DNA from: Eledone cirrhosa | Taxonomy: Eukaryota | Direction of reading: 5' to 3' | NCBI GenBank assembly: GCA_964016885.1 | Contig: OZ024740.1 | Coordinates: 72,974,001 to 73,038,000 of the forward strand | DNA length: 64,000 nt | Shown: piece by piece, positions 30,966 to 48,542 of the stretch | How positions within the stretch are numbered: position 1 is the stretch's first letter | Layout of the letters: each line of letters opens with the position of its first letter | The notes under the pieces: generated by a model | The model's input: the letters and a program-made list of their open reading frames with translations, nothing else | What the model was told of the DNA's origin: nothing | Database searches by the model: none | Program-made: the position numbers and the translations under genes

Positions 30966-31104
30966 GTGTGTGTGTGTGTGTTTGTGTGTGTGTATAATAT
31001 ATAGAAATGGCTTCTACAGGACTAGAACTGTTTCATTCGAAGGAAATCATATACTCTGCTATGTATTGAGCACCTTACTGTGGTTACCTCCGATTGAACT
31101 CCGG

Positions 31105-31207
<103 letters not shown>

Positions 31208-31919
31208 TTATGTAGAGAGAGGGGAGAGGAGGGAGAGAGTGAGAGTGAGAGGGGAGAGAGAGGGGGAGAGAGAGAGAGGGGAGGAAGCGAGAGAGGAAGT
31301 GAGAGTGAGAAAGATATATAGAAGAATCGCTCCCAGTATTGGACTAGTACTTTATTCATCGACCCCAAAAGGAAGAAATTTCGGAGGGATTAGAAATCAG
31401 AGTTCAGATAGCCGGAAAAAATACAGCAAAGCATTCCATCCACACGTTCTAACAAGTGTGCCACAGAGAGTTAGTTAAATAGATCGACGAATTTTATTTT
31501 AGCCAGCAATGATGGGATATGCAAATTAGCTGATTCCTTAATTACATGAAATATGTATGAAGTGTGTAAACATTTGCCGGTAAGAATTATTAAAATCGTG
31601 TCTGTACCACATAAATAAACTTCTGGTAAAATATGCGAAAAGATTTATAAGTTGCTAATTCATCGTCTGAGTTGTATATCTAATATGATTACGTCTCTGG
31701 GAATCGATAAATACGTATTGAACAAGTTAGAAGTAAAACGCAACGCAACTACGAGAGAATATTGAAAAGTGAATAAATAAATATCTTGCAAAGGAAAAGA
31801 CAAAGATAAAAAAAAAGGAAGCCATATTGAAAACAAAAATTTAAAGACTAGTCTGTTGTTTTAATTGTATGATATATATGTGTATATATATATATACACA
31901 CACACACACATATATATAT

Positions 31920-32009
<90 letters not shown>

Positions 32010-32011
32010 GT

Positions 32012-32047
<36 letters not shown>

Positions 32048-32577
32048 GAGAGAGAGAATGGCGGTTGGTTACTGGAAAGATATGCATTATATTAATGAAG
32101 AATGACTGAATAAATACAGAGAACAAGTGAAATTTGGAGTCGAAAACAGCAGAGCAAAATGAACAAAATGGAAATTATCAAAAGAATGGAAGGAAAAGCT
32201 CAAAAATAGAATAATATAAAATGAAAAAAAAAAAAGAAACGAGGGGAGATCGGAAGAAAGAGAAAAATGCTTTCGGCGAAACAATGAGAAAAATAACAAA
32301 TGAATATTAATAACACAATATAAGTGAAAACGAAGAAGATAAAAAAAGAAATGGAGCAGTAGTAAATAATGTTAACAAAATGGCGAGATGTGCCTGCAAG
32401 GATTTGTCTAGTGGATGAAGTTTGAACACCAAAGGTCTGTATGTTAATCGAGAGGAAGAATATCAAATTCGGTAGCAAATTAACTCCTCTGGTTAGTTAA
32501 GCAAATTTTTGTTTAGTCTGTGTGCGTTCGTTCGTTTTTTCAAACAAACAAACTATATAAACAAAGGCACGTATATA

Positions 32578-32640
<63 letters not shown>

Positions 32641-32836
32641 GTATATACATAAATATATATATACATACATATATATATATATATGTATATACATAAATAT
32701 ATATATACATACATATATATATATATATGTATATACATAAATATATATATACATACATATATATATATATATGTATATACATAAATATATATATACATAC
32801 ATATATATATATATATGTATATACATAAATATATAT

Positions 32837-32920
<84 letters not shown>

Positions 32921-33129
32921 ATATACATAAATATATATACATACATATACTTGTGCGTGTGTGTAATATAAATGTATAAATATAGAAATACATGCATATA
33001 TGTATATATATATAAATATACACCTGTATATGTATATAAATATACACATGTATATATATATAGGTATGTTCATGTATATATTTATATATATATGTACACA
33101 AACACACACAGACATGCACACACACACAC

Positions 33130-33174
<45 letters not shown>

Positions 33175-33304
33175 ACACATACGCACATATATATATATAT
33201 ATATATATACATTCATAAAAAGAAATACACGCCCAATGCTCTTTAGTATATACTTTTCGTATCTAGACACCTTTAACACAGTTATGAATATACATACAAA
33301 CACA

Positions 33305-33377
<73 letters not shown>

Positions 33378-34759
33378 GTTCTACTGCTTTATATAACTGT
33401 ACAATTTCTAGTTAGAAATGAACGCAAAACACACTGGCTGGCTGTCATTTGCTTCTGGGTTATCTTTCAATAGTTACACCCAATATGGCGCTTGTGTTTA
33501 TTATAATTTCATATTGTCTTCACAGAAGTCTGTTTTTGGTGTTATTTTTTTCAACGAATTAATTACACATATTTCATTTTTCTTTTCTTTTTGTTTTCAG
33601 ATTTTAAACAAGAAAGAAAAGCTAATTGTAGGTATGGCTTTATTTTATTTCAAACTAATTAATTGGAGCGTTATTTAATAAATTACTATTGTGTTGTTTT
33701 ATGTTGTTTAAGGGGAAAGAAAATGTTTCATAATTGTCAGAGCTAAGTCACATGATAAGCTGTGTAAAATTAAGCGCTTCAATAAATTTCTATTGCTTCG
33801 AAATTACCACGATATTCTCTCGTTACTGAGAACATCTGTAAATTGTCAACATCGTCATCGACATCGTCATCGTCATCGTTGTCAGCGTCGTCGTAGTAGC
33901 TGTCATTGTCGTTGACGTCGTTATCTTCGCTGTTTGTGGTGGTGGTGGTCGTCGTCGTCGTCGTCATCGTAGACGTCGTAGTCGTCATGTCATCGCCGTT
34001 GTCGTCATCGTCGTCGTTATCATCTTCGTCGTTGCCACCGCCGCCGTTGTTTTCGTCGTTATTTTCGTTATTATCATCCTCATCATTGTTTGACAGTAGA
34101 AGACGACCACAGTTGTCTCCCCCCCCCCTATCATACAGATAAAATAAAGCGCCCAACATGTATAAATGGTACAAGCCGGAGCATAATAGAGTACTAAATA
34201 CATTGAAAGCCATTTGAGTTGTATTTAAGTTTATTTTCATCTCCATGATACATATTTAGCCGCAGTTGATGGCTAGGTAGTTTCTTTACTACCATTCTAA
34301 CAGCCTCAGCTCCTCAGATGGTATAAAAATATTTCAAATTCCTACAAAAAATTTAAAAAATTCCTTCAAAAATCTTTCTTTTTATGATATGAGGGACTGT
34401 TGGTATGTGTAGTTGCTGGTTCTATGTCGTTCGGTCCCTGTATGATCCCTAGCGCTAGGGCAGATGTGTGAGCCTGTCCCCCCTCTCCCACACCCCGTCT
34501 CAAGTCCCTTCGGAAGAGCGAATGGGTGTATATACCGATAAAATATGTTTCCTTGTGGTTGATTGGATGATGCACACGTCTTCTGATTAAGGTCCAATTA
34601 GATCAGAAAATCGATTAAAGGTGTTTATCAGTTCTTCAATTTACAGGGGAATTCGTATTTTCTGGTATGTTTACATGCCTACATATTAGATATGTGTATA
34701 TATTTACACACGTTGGTGCAGTCGCGGTTTCACACTCTGTATTTATAGAGATATAACCT

Positions 34760-34847
<88 letters not shown>

Positions 34848-34901
34848 GTGCGTGTGTATATATATATATATACATATATGTGTGTGTGTGTGTGCGTGTG
34901 T

Positions 34902-34950
<49 letters not shown>

Positions 34951-35059
34951 TGTGTGTGTATAGAAGTATAATCCAAATCCATTTATATGGGGCAGATGAA
35001 TGAGTTTTAGCAGTTTGCAGGAATATGTAATGTTCACTTAATGATTTCATGTTTATCGT

Positions 35060-35590
35060 AGCTATCATATGTTACAGAAAATATCATTATAAACATAATG
35101 ACCACATACTAAATACTATGAATCCATGTTAAAGATAATGTTCCCTTTTTAAATGAATGATTCCATATTAGAGTTAATGATCACCTATTAATTGAAATGG
35201 CTACATGTTAAAAGCAATAATTATACAATGATTATTTGTTAAAGATAATGCCCACGTGTAAAATGCAGTGATTTTGTGTTAAATGTAATGATTACACATT
35301 AATTGTAATGACCGCCCCATAAATGCAATGATCACACGTGAAAGGGAATGATCAACTGTTAAAGGTAATAACTATATCTTAAATGTAATAATTATCTGTT
35401 ACAGGTAATGATCATTAAAGTAAAGACCGCATCTTAAAAGTAATAACCACGTATAAAAGTTAATATTCGCCTGTTAGAAATAATGGCCATACATTAAAAT
35501 TAATGGCCACGTATTATAAATAATGATGACATGTTAAAAGTAATGGTTTTGTGTTAAAACTAAGGATACCATGTTGGAGGTAAAAGTCAC
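35060..35590. repeat. Degenerate ~21-bp minisatellite (gttaaa.gtaatga.c-like)
   Basis: Recurring ttaaa..taatga motif at about 21-bp spacing. Confidence 0.7.
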
Positions 35591-35675
35591 CTTTTGAAAT
35601 TAATGATCCATGTTAAAGGAAATAAATATATGTGAAACGGAATATCTACATGTTGGAATATAACAAGCATACCGT

Positions 35676-35718
<43 letters not shown>

Positions 35719-35737
35719 CCTTTATATACATACACAC

Positions 35738-36139
35738 CAGGGACGAAGGGTGCGTCCATGCAACGCATGCAGTGCATGCGTTATAGAATCTTGAGTTGAT
35801 CAATTACGTCGGTTGAAGCAAGCAGAATCTTGGCTGCTTACTAAATCGTAGACACATAAAAAGATAACACACACACAGACACACACACACACACACATAT
35901 ACACACAAACACACGACAGCGTCAGTTGAAGCAAGCAGAATTTTGGTTGCTTACTAAATCGTAAACACATAAAAAGATAACACACACACACACACACTAG
36001 ATAACACTACATGCGGCTTTGACCGGGAGGGTCATTTAGAGGGAATTGAGGGGGGGGGGGGGGTAAGGCTGCACAGCCCCACTTTCCGCCATGGCGATTG
36101 GACTGCATGACCTGCTTTCCAGGTTACTCTTCGCCACTG
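35738..36139. mobile_element. hAT-like MITE with 8-bp TSD
   Basis: Imperfect TIRs CAGGGACGAAGGGT and ACTCTTCGCCACTG; TSD ATACACAC at 35730-37 and 36140-47; internal ~100-bp duplication. Confidence 0.8.
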
Positions 36140-36292
36140 ATACACACACGTGCGCACAAGTGCACACACACACGTGTGTGTGTGTGTGTGTACAAGAGAT
36201 GGCAACATGAATGAAGCTATTCTTTTTCTTTAAAAACATTTTTTCCGATTTCACACCGCCCGTTCCTTCAATCTTTCTAATTTCTAATTCTT

Positions 36293-36328
36293 TCTTCTGA
36301 TGAAAGACTAGCGTCCGAAACGTTAAGA
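36293..36328 (+). ncRNA. Minimal type I hammerhead
   Basis: TCTT-CTGATGA-a-aGAC tagc GTCc-GAAA-CG-TT-AAGA. Confidence 0.7.
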
Positions 36329-36411
36329 CCCCCTTCCTGCTATTTCAAGCGTTAACCTAATATATCCCTTCCATATACTGTACCGATTGTTTTGTTATTT
36401 CTGTTTACCTT

Positions 36412-36490
<79 letters not shown>

Positions 36491-36634
36491 AGAAATATAA
36501 GCTATCGCCGTATTTTTACTGAAGAAATTTTTACTCCAAAAATTTGTTGAGTGCTTTATTTCAGTTATAAAAATATTTCCTTGTTGTATCCCAACAAATT
36601 AAATATAACTTCTACATATATATATATATGTATG

Positions 36635-36783
<149 letters not shown>

Positions 36784-37054
36784 GTATATACGCACACACA
36801 CATATACATACATAGATACATACATACAAACAAACATACATACATACATACATACATACATACATACATACACATTCATTATCTAATGCATATCGTTTTT
36901 ATTGTACTTGAAATGCAAGTTATGTATTTTGCAATAAACACAATTTTAGCATCGCTATTTGCTTTTCCCGGTGATATTAAAATACCACGTTTATTAAAAA
37001 AACACACATGGTATACCTTACATTTCATATATACATATTGTATATATATACATG

Positions 37055-37147
<93 letters not shown>

Positions 37148-37220
37148 TTATTAAAATAACAGATTAAAGTTTAAGCAAGGAATCGCTGCTTTGGATTTTA
37201 GTCTTCAAATTTATTATTAT

Positions 37221-37273
<53 letters not shown>

Positions 37274-37334
37274 AAGTAATTCCGTCGGAAAAGTCCAGGA
37301 AAAAAGAGTGCTCTATGTAAGCAACAGAGCTTAA

Positions 37335-39076
<1,742 letters not shown>

Positions 39077-39864
39077 TATATATATATATATATGTATGTA
39101 TGTATGTATACGTATATATATGCATTTCTGAACACATACACATATGTATCTGTATGTGCATATATATGCGTATATATATAATATATATATATATACGCGA
39201 TTATGTGAGTTTGTAGTGGTTAGTAGAATGAAATTAGTGAGAGAAAATGATAACGAAAAAACCCAAGAATACAAGAACAGAAGAAAACAGCCAAACGGAC
39301 ATCATCGAATACAAAGGAAGACAAAAAAAAATCACTGAATATATACAGCGTTTTTTTTATTTGGCTATTTTTATGGCCCAGTTAGTAAATATGTGTGTGC
39401 TTATGTATGTATGTATGTATGTATGTATGTATGTATGTATGTATGTATGTATGTATGTGCATGTATGTATGTACGTATGTATGTATGTGTGTATGTATGT
39501 ACGTACGTATGTATGTATGTACGTATGTATGTATGTGTGTATGTATGTGTATGTATGTATGTATGTATGTATGTATGTATGTATGTATGTATGTATGTAT
39601 GTACGTATGTATGTATGTACGTATGTACGTATGTATGTATGTGTGTACGTATGTACGTATATATGTGTGTATGTATGTATGTATGTATGTATGTATGTAT
39701 GTATGTATGTATGTATGTATGTGTTTATGTATGTATGTACGTATGTATGTATGTGTGTACGTATGTATGTGTATGTATCTATGTGTGTGTGTATGTATAT
39801 GTGTGTGTATGTATATGTATATATATATCCGTGTGTATGTGTGTATATATATATATGTGTGTGT

Positions 39865-39898
<34 letters not shown>

Positions 39899-39978
39899 GT
39901 GCGTGTGTGTGTGTATGTTTATATGTATGTATATATGTATGTATGTATATATGCATTTATATATATATATATGCATAT

Positions 39979-40035
<57 letters not shown>

Positions 40036-40088
40036 CGTGTGTGTGTGTATGTTTATATGTATGTATATATGTATGTATGTATATATGC

Positions 40089-40127
<39 letters not shown>

Positions 40128-40234
40128 TATCGTGCGATATCCATTCACGCCATATACCGCAGCCTACAGAGGTTGAAAATCTGCTAGGTGAAACGAGCGT
40201 CCTCGAATATGGTTTGCCAATTTTTTGTGGAACT

Positions 40235-40323
<89 letters not shown>

Positions 40324-40419
40324 GTGTATATATATATATGTGTGTATATATATTTATATATTTATGTATATATATATTATACATATATATATATCTATAA
40401 ATATATACATATATATATG

Positions 40420-40471
<52 letters not shown>

Positions 40472-40521
40472 AAATATATACATATATATATGTATATATA
40501 TATATATGTATGTATGTATAT

Positions 40522-40575
<54 letters not shown>

Positions 40576-40576
40576 C

Positions 40577-40612
<36 letters not shown>

Positions 40613-42984
40613 TGAATATCACCGTAAAGTATGTAATTTCTCGTAGATACGAACTGATACGAAATAACAAAAAAATATTTTTCTGTATAGAGTACAAAGT
40701 CAGAGGTAAAACTAAAAACACAAACGACAACGAAAAGAAAAAGAAACAGAAAGGTAAAACAATATGGCAACCAAAACAACAGCAATAAAATAGCCAGCAA
40801 AGCAACTAAAGTATAGGTGAGAAAAATCTAGATACAATAATATTGATATATGTATGAGTATTTTCAGTGGAATCATTTGATGTTCGGTCATTCACATGAT
40901 TTATGCCAGCGTCTGTACATGTATCTACGTTGGAAAAAGATTAAAAAACACTGAGAAAGGTTATAATCATATCTCTGATTACCTCTTCTTACTTTTCCGC
41001 CATTACTACATTGTTCTCCTTTCATCTCTTTTGCAGGTTTCCAGGAGATCGTTGGTCCTTTTGCTAGCTAGCATATATACACACGCCTATATATACATAT
41101 ACACATGTATATATACATATGTATATATACACGCCTATATATACACATATGTATATTATATGCTAGCTAGCATATATACACACGCCTATATATACATATA
41201 CACATGTATATATACATATGTATATATACACGCCTATATATACACATATGTATATTATATACACACACACGTATATACACATTTATATATACATTTATAT
41301 ATACACTTATTTACACACGTATGTACACACGCGTATATATATATATATATATATATACACGTGTATACATTCACTTATTTACACACGTATATACACATGC
41401 GCATATATATATATATATACACGTGCATACATTCACTTATTTACACACGTATATACACATGCGTATATATATATATATATATATACCTGTACACACAACT
41501 ATATAAACACACTTATATACACGTTTATATTATAGGCGTTTATACACACATCTATATACACACACCTATATACACACAGTTATATACACACCTATATACA
41601 CATGTATAGGGGTGTATACACACAAGTATATAGACACCTATATACACGCACATATATACACACGTATATATACAAACCTATATAGACACATATACATACG
41701 CATACATATATATATACATGTACATATACACACATATAAAACATATATACTTAGTCACATATACTGACAGACCTTTACTTACACATATATATCACATATA
41801 CACATACATGCATATTCATACTTATACACACATACAGACTCATACGTAGTGACATACTTACACACATAAACCACAGACTCTCATACACACATATTCACAC
41901 ACACATATTCATACACATATTTCCATACATACATAGACAAATACATGTTATCCTACACAGATAGACATATGTATTCATAGTCACATATACAGACATACGT
42001 TTATATAGTCAAAAACAGACATATATATACACCACAGATACTCATATATACACACTCACACACACACATTTCCACACATATACATACGTACAAGTTCATG
42101 CACATGTTCACAGAAACACAGACTTACACACACACATCTCAGATACTCATACACACACACACATACCTCTACACATATAGATATGTATATACTCATACTT
42201 CCATACCTTTATTCACACAAACACAGACTTACACACATACATGGCAAATAATCATACACGCACGCACTCATACACATACACATATATATATATATATACT
42301 CATGCATAGTGATACATACGGACTTTGATTCGCACACACACATATACAGACACACACATATTCATATACACACATCAATACATACATATGTCTATATACG
42401 CGCATACACATACTCATACAATATTCACACACAGACATACATATGTTCATGTATATGCTCGTCCCCTTATTCACTTAGACACAGACACAGATATGGCAAA
42501 TGCTCATACAAACACATTCTCATATACGTGCATATTCACACACACATACACACACACACGCGCACACACACACACACACACTCATACATACACACAATAA
42601 TGCTCATATAGAGATACTTATATACATACCCATACACCCATGCATCACGCATACCCATACACCCATGCATCACGCACACACATATACACATGCAAATAAG
42701 AATAAAGGCACGGACAAGCACGCACACTCAGGCACACACATGTACGCACACTGAAAGGCGCACTCACACAGAAACACAACATTGGCTACTACTTCTCGCG
42801 ATCCGAGCTACCATATAGAGGCTCCCATGTTGGCTCAAACAAGATGGCCTATTTTTAAGTGAGTTATTGAACGTTTGTATAAGTATCAGCAGCATCATTC
42901 TAGATATGGGAATATTCTTCTAATATAAGGCCAACATATGTCGTTAGAAGGTCGGATAGAAGGATTTATGGTATTGGTTCCGGT

Positions 42985-43076
42985 CCTTGCCATTCTCAGT
43001 TCAAATCCCGCCGAGGTTAACTTTGCCTTTCATCTTTTTAAAGTCGATAAAAGAAGTACCAGTCCAGTATTGGGAT
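42985..43076 (+). mobile_element. SINE family A fragment
   Basis: gttcaaatcccgccgaggttaactttgcctttcatc..gtcgataaaa..gtaccagt. Confidence 0.85.
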
Positions 43077-43215
43077 CGTTTCTTCCTCTGTCTCTTTCTT
43101 CTCTCTTTTTTTTTCTATCATACACACACACATATACTGTCTCTCTCTCTATTTCTCTCTATCTCTTTCTCGCTCCCCCTCTCTATTTCTCTCTCTTTTT
43201 CTCTGGAAGAAAGAG

Positions 43216-43973
43216 GCTGAGTAATATAGATAAAGAAAGTAGTCTATCTTGGACCAACAACCGCTATATTGGCTCCCACTTTGAAGGATACGCTTTTGCA
43301 ATCCAAGAACAGGAGATTAACACGAAATACCTGATTCACAAAAGAGATAGGGATGCAGGCAAAACACCTAGATGTGATAACAAGTGCAGACTCTGCAGAA
43401 CTAACATCAAGGATATCACCCATGTAATCAGCAGCTGTCCAAAGATGACATCGCGGTACTATCTACCTATGAGGCATGATGTAGTGGCCAAAACACTGTA
43501 CAATGCAGTTCGTAAAAAAGATAGCCCCGATAATAAACACATTAAAAGCTACAGCAATGTGGAAGACATCCATGTACATAATATGAAAGAGTACTGGTGG
43601 AATGTTCCAGTAAAAACTCCAATAAAATGCAGGCATAAAAGACCAGATAGAACAGAAAGAACACAACTAGTTAGGAAATTACAAGTACAATCCATTAATG
43701 GAACAGTAAAACTATGTAAAACATTCCAAATCTTTTGCATCTAATAACTGCATATACACATGTACAGATACAAAGCATATACACATGCACACATACAACT
43801 CAAAACATACACATCCGCACATACAATAACATCCATATCTACACATGCATGCATACATACATATCTACCTAGTTGATGTTGTGTAAATTCCAATGAGAGA
43901 GTCTTGTGTCTATGTTAGAAACCGACTCTCTCTCTATTGGTAAACATTTGTGAAATTATAAAACCAGAAGAAC
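43216..43973 (+). mobile_element. R4/Dong-like non-LTR retrotransposon 3' fragment with internal deletion in the restriction-like endonuclease
   Basis: AIQEQ, zinc knuckle CRLC..H..SSC, RHD and RPD motifs are present; PD is joined directly to the C-terminal QLVRKLQ. Ends at (CATA)n. Confidence 0.9.
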
Positions 43974-46044
43974 ATTGATACATACATACGTACATACATA
44001 CGTACGTGCATACATAAATACCAGGGGTGGTGGAAGCATTTCTGAATTGGTGGGAGTGGGTGGGGGGCAGATTTGGACAATTTAGTTGTAGTGATTAGTT
44101 TAGTTTCTTTGCACTCTAAAATGGTCGGAAAACTTGTAGCGCATAACCAAATAGATGTGTGTTTTGGTAGTCTGGGGAGAAAATATAATTATTGGAGGGA
44201 GGCATGCCCCCACCAGTTCCACCTCCACCGTCACTGTATATATATAAATAAAAAATAAATTATGGTCTGTGCCCTTTCCTAAGGGATTAATATATCGAAC
44301 TTCCACCCGTATTTTATTCCACCAACACCCCACACCCGCTTATTGAATTTTGCTAATCTATCTCCGGCGAAATTTTATAGTAAGTGATTCATATTGACAC
44401 AGCAGCTGGAGAATCTAATAATTATTTTATTTTACATTAAAAGAAACCCATTATATATGACTAAAGAAGAATATTACAAGAAATACCATATTTACGAACG
44501 TACACTATACACTTACTGATATGTACACTATACACTTACTGATATGTACACTATACACTTACTGATTTTACATCAATCTCTCCCCCTCTCTATATGTACT
44601 ACACGGTACTCTCTTCTATTCCCCCTCTCTATATCAATTCCCACCAAACTATCCCCCTCTTTATATCTAGTATACAACACTCTCTCTCATTCCCTCTCAC
44701 TCTATCCATCACTACCAAACTCTCCCCCTCCCTATCTCTATCAATCCTTTCACTCTATTCATTATCACCTCTCTACATCAGCCACACGACGCTCTCTCCC
44801 AAACCCCCATCTATATATCAATTAACACCAAACTCTCCCCCTCTCTATATCTACTACACGGAACTCCCTTCCAATCCCCCTCTCTATATCAATAAACATC
44901 AATCTCTCCCCCTCTCTATATCTAATACACAACACACTCTCCCAACCCTCCTCTCTATATCAATTACCACCTCTCTTTATCTATCGTATCTATCTCTACA
45001 TAACATGTACATAAATTGTAGCGCATATACAAATAGATGTGTGTTTTGGTAGTTTGGGGAGTAAAATACATGCATACATACATACACACAGATACACACA
45101 TACATGCACACATACACACATACATATATACATACATACACACACACATACATATACACATACATGCACACATACACACATACATATACATACATACATA
45201 CATACATACATACATACATACATACATACATACATACGCACATATATACATACACATACATACATACACGCACGCACACACACACACACACACATACATA
45301 CATTCATACATACATACATATTTTTCGTAGAACAGTCGTCTCCAGCCTCTGTTCGTGACACAAAGAAGTTTTCTACAGAGTTTATCAGTAAAGTTTGATA
45401 GATCGTCATGTCATATTTCCTGATATTCTAAATCTCTACTTCAATATGTTATTTTTCAAAAAATGATTTAGTTTTTCCTTTTTTTTATAAACGAAAAATC
45501 AAAAAATAAATCTGTATATTTTCTATTATCAAGTTTAAGGGTTCTTTATAATCCACATAGTGATAGCTGGGGTCCGTATCCTGAAATATCATGTTTAGTG
45601 GTATTTTATAAGTCTCTCAGTAATATTTGTACCGACTGTGTAATATCAAGTTTCGGGGAGTTGTAAGAACAATATATAGATATCCACTTTTGTTTTAATT
45701 GACTCATAGTGTGTTCCATAAAGGATCGATCGACTTTCGTCAAATCGGACCGAGGAAACAATGTTTCCGTCGGTCTTTTCAGTTGCTAGTACTATCTATC
45801 GGTCGCAACTCCAGGTAGAAGGAGAAACGTGAAGTAAAGTGTCTTGCTCAAAGATTTAACGCATCACCCGATCCAGGAATCGAACTCACAACTTCAAGAT
45901 TGTGAATCTTATTCTCTAACCACTCAGCCACACGCCTTCACTTGTTCCATAGTCTACCATAAAGTTTATGAACAACTGGAACACACATTGTTGATTATGA
46001 TGTTTATGATGTTGTTGATGATGATAATAATGATGATGACGTTC

Positions 46045-46325
46045 TTGGGGAGACTCTGGGCGTTGACGAAAATCAACTAACCACTCTTTTTCAGGGGACT
46101 TTCAGTACAGGGCCCATTGATAACTTCCAGAAATCCCTGGCCTGGGCAGTGCTCCCGTGGAGCTTTACAAGTTCGAGATAAACTCTACAGACATGGAAGT
46201 GCCACATCGAATGTCCGAGGATTGCTGACTTGTGGGTTTATGTTGACCACCTGTTGTCACGTGTGGGACGGATCCCACTATCAACTGAGTCCATTGTGAA
46301 GATATTCCCGGCTTCTTCCTTTATA
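46045..46325 (+). mobile_element. Fragment of the same Tx1/L1-like LINE family as 21917-23833
   Basis: ataacttccagaaatccctggcctgggcagtgct and SRVGRIPLSTESIV match the reverse complement of ~22500-22830. Confidence 0.85.
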
Positions 46326-46328
46326 GAG

Positions 46329-46362
<34 letters not shown>

Positions 46363-46363
46363 A

Positions 46364-46421
<58 letters not shown>

Positions 46422-46458
46422 TGTAGTGGTGATGGTGGTGGTAGTGGTGGTGGTAGTG

Positions 46459-46515
<57 letters not shown>

Positions 46516-46649
46516 ACAATAACGGCGCTAACGATGATGATGATGACGAAGTGGATGATGGCAGAACAAACAAAAAGAAACGAACTAAATGAAAAGAAAT
46601 ATTTATAGTATAATCATTGATTGCTTTCTCTCAACAAAACTAAATTGGC

Positions 46650-47020
46650 GTGTAGCTGTAGCTCCCTTGTTTAGTGTAGCTGTAGTTCCCTTGTTTAGTG
46701 TATAGGTCCCTTGTCTAGTGTGTATCCCTCTTGTTTAATGTGTAGCCCCAATGATTAGTGTGTAGCTCCCTTTTTGTGTGTGTAGCTGTAACTCCCATGT
46801 TTTGTGTGTATCCCCCAAGTTTTGTGTGTAGCACTCATGTCTTATTTGTAGCTGTAGGTCTCTTATTTTGTGTGTAGTTGTAGCTACCATGTTTTGTGTG
46901 TAATACCCATATTTTGTGTATAACAGCCATGTTTTGTGTATAACAGCCATGTTTTGTGTGTAACACCCATGTTTTGTGTATAGCTGTAGTTCCCTTGTTT
47001 CATGTGTAACTGTAGCTCCT
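46650..47020. repeat. Degenerate ~20-bp minisatellite (gtgtagctcccatgttttgt-like)
   Basis: Recurring motif visible. Confidence 0.8.
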
Positions 47021-47796
47021 GTATTGATTTTTTTAAAGGGGGGAAGGTGCTTATTTTACTTTCAATTTTACCGAGAAAAAATGGGGCGGTTGATGAATCT
47101 GAAGTAAAAAAGGGGGCGTTTAAAAGAATGCTAGACTATTTTCTATTGTTAAATGCTTAATTAGCGACAGTACTAACTCAGTGTGATTCACAATAAAGGC
47201 GTATATGCATCTATAATTAACTACAAAAAAATCAACAACAACCAACGATTACAATTCATATAACAGCATTTGTTAAGTTATGTTCCAAACACCAGATAAA
47301 TAAGGATATAAATAAGATAAGATATAATAATAATTTCATATATCAAATTTTGTTGCAAGTGGCTGAGCATTCTAGAGAAACCATGCAATCTTGATATTTC
47401 AGCTTCACACGGTGCGTGACAAAGCTGGATGTTTGAATTACAGATACAACTCATTTTCCCCAGCTCCAGTAGACTTGAGCCACATAAAATAACCTGTAAT
47501 CTGGTCCAAGGACACAATGTGCCGTTGGGTATTTGAACTCACGACCATAACTACGTTCAGGATCCACATGCCCGAACAACTAACCACATACTTTCATTAC
47601 ATTTACAGTGTGATCATAATGTTTCATTTAAGCTCTTCAGAAAGGTCAAAATGCAAACTCCATTTTGACTGAGTTACATTCAGATTTCGTCTTTGTTTAC
47701 ACTAGAACTTCGGGAATAATCTCCAGATATATAAATTTAACTGCATACAATTTAACACACATACACATATAACGCATGTATGTATGCATGTATGTA

Positions 47797-47833
<37 letters not shown>

Positions 47834-48443
47834 AATCGATTTTTTAGAAGTATTGAGCGAGTTGTGTAATTTGAATAATAATTTTACATAAGATAAACAA
47901 CTTCAACCCACGTATTTTCCCTATAAAAACAACACATGGTTCGGCTGTGTTACCATTAGAGCAAGTGTGGTTGACCACTCTTCTCTGATTTTTTAACCTT
48001 TTTTCACCGACCCGACATGTAAATGTAAATAAACAATCTGTTTTTAGAGCGGTTGAGCGAGTTACAAATTTTGAATATCAAGTTAACTTAAAATATTAGA
48101 CTATTTTTTCACAGTGAAAACCTACGTTGTAGGTGATAAATCTAGTGGTTCTGAGACAGATTGCTTATTCACATTTCTGACCGAGAGATAAAGCTTAAAA
48201 TACATAAAGGAGTGGTCAGCCACTTTGGGGGTAATGGTAACACAGTTACACGGTATTCGGCAGTTGTGAGTTTTTGTCCCACGTGTGATGCTATGGACAT
48301 CTTCCCGTCTTCAGGAGCTTATATGTTCAATTTATTAAACTAGTTTTATAGTAGTGACATGCTTATATTTATACAGATACACATATATAAAACACAGACT
48401 CCTATAAACACAAACACACACATATACGCGCGCATACACACAT

Positions 48444-48540
<97 letters not shown>

Positions 48541-48542
<2 letters not shown>

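Noticed and set aside
44022-44236. Possible hAT-like MITE (caggggtggtgg...ccaccgtcactg)
   Set aside because: TIRs are too imperfect and no TSD is evident.
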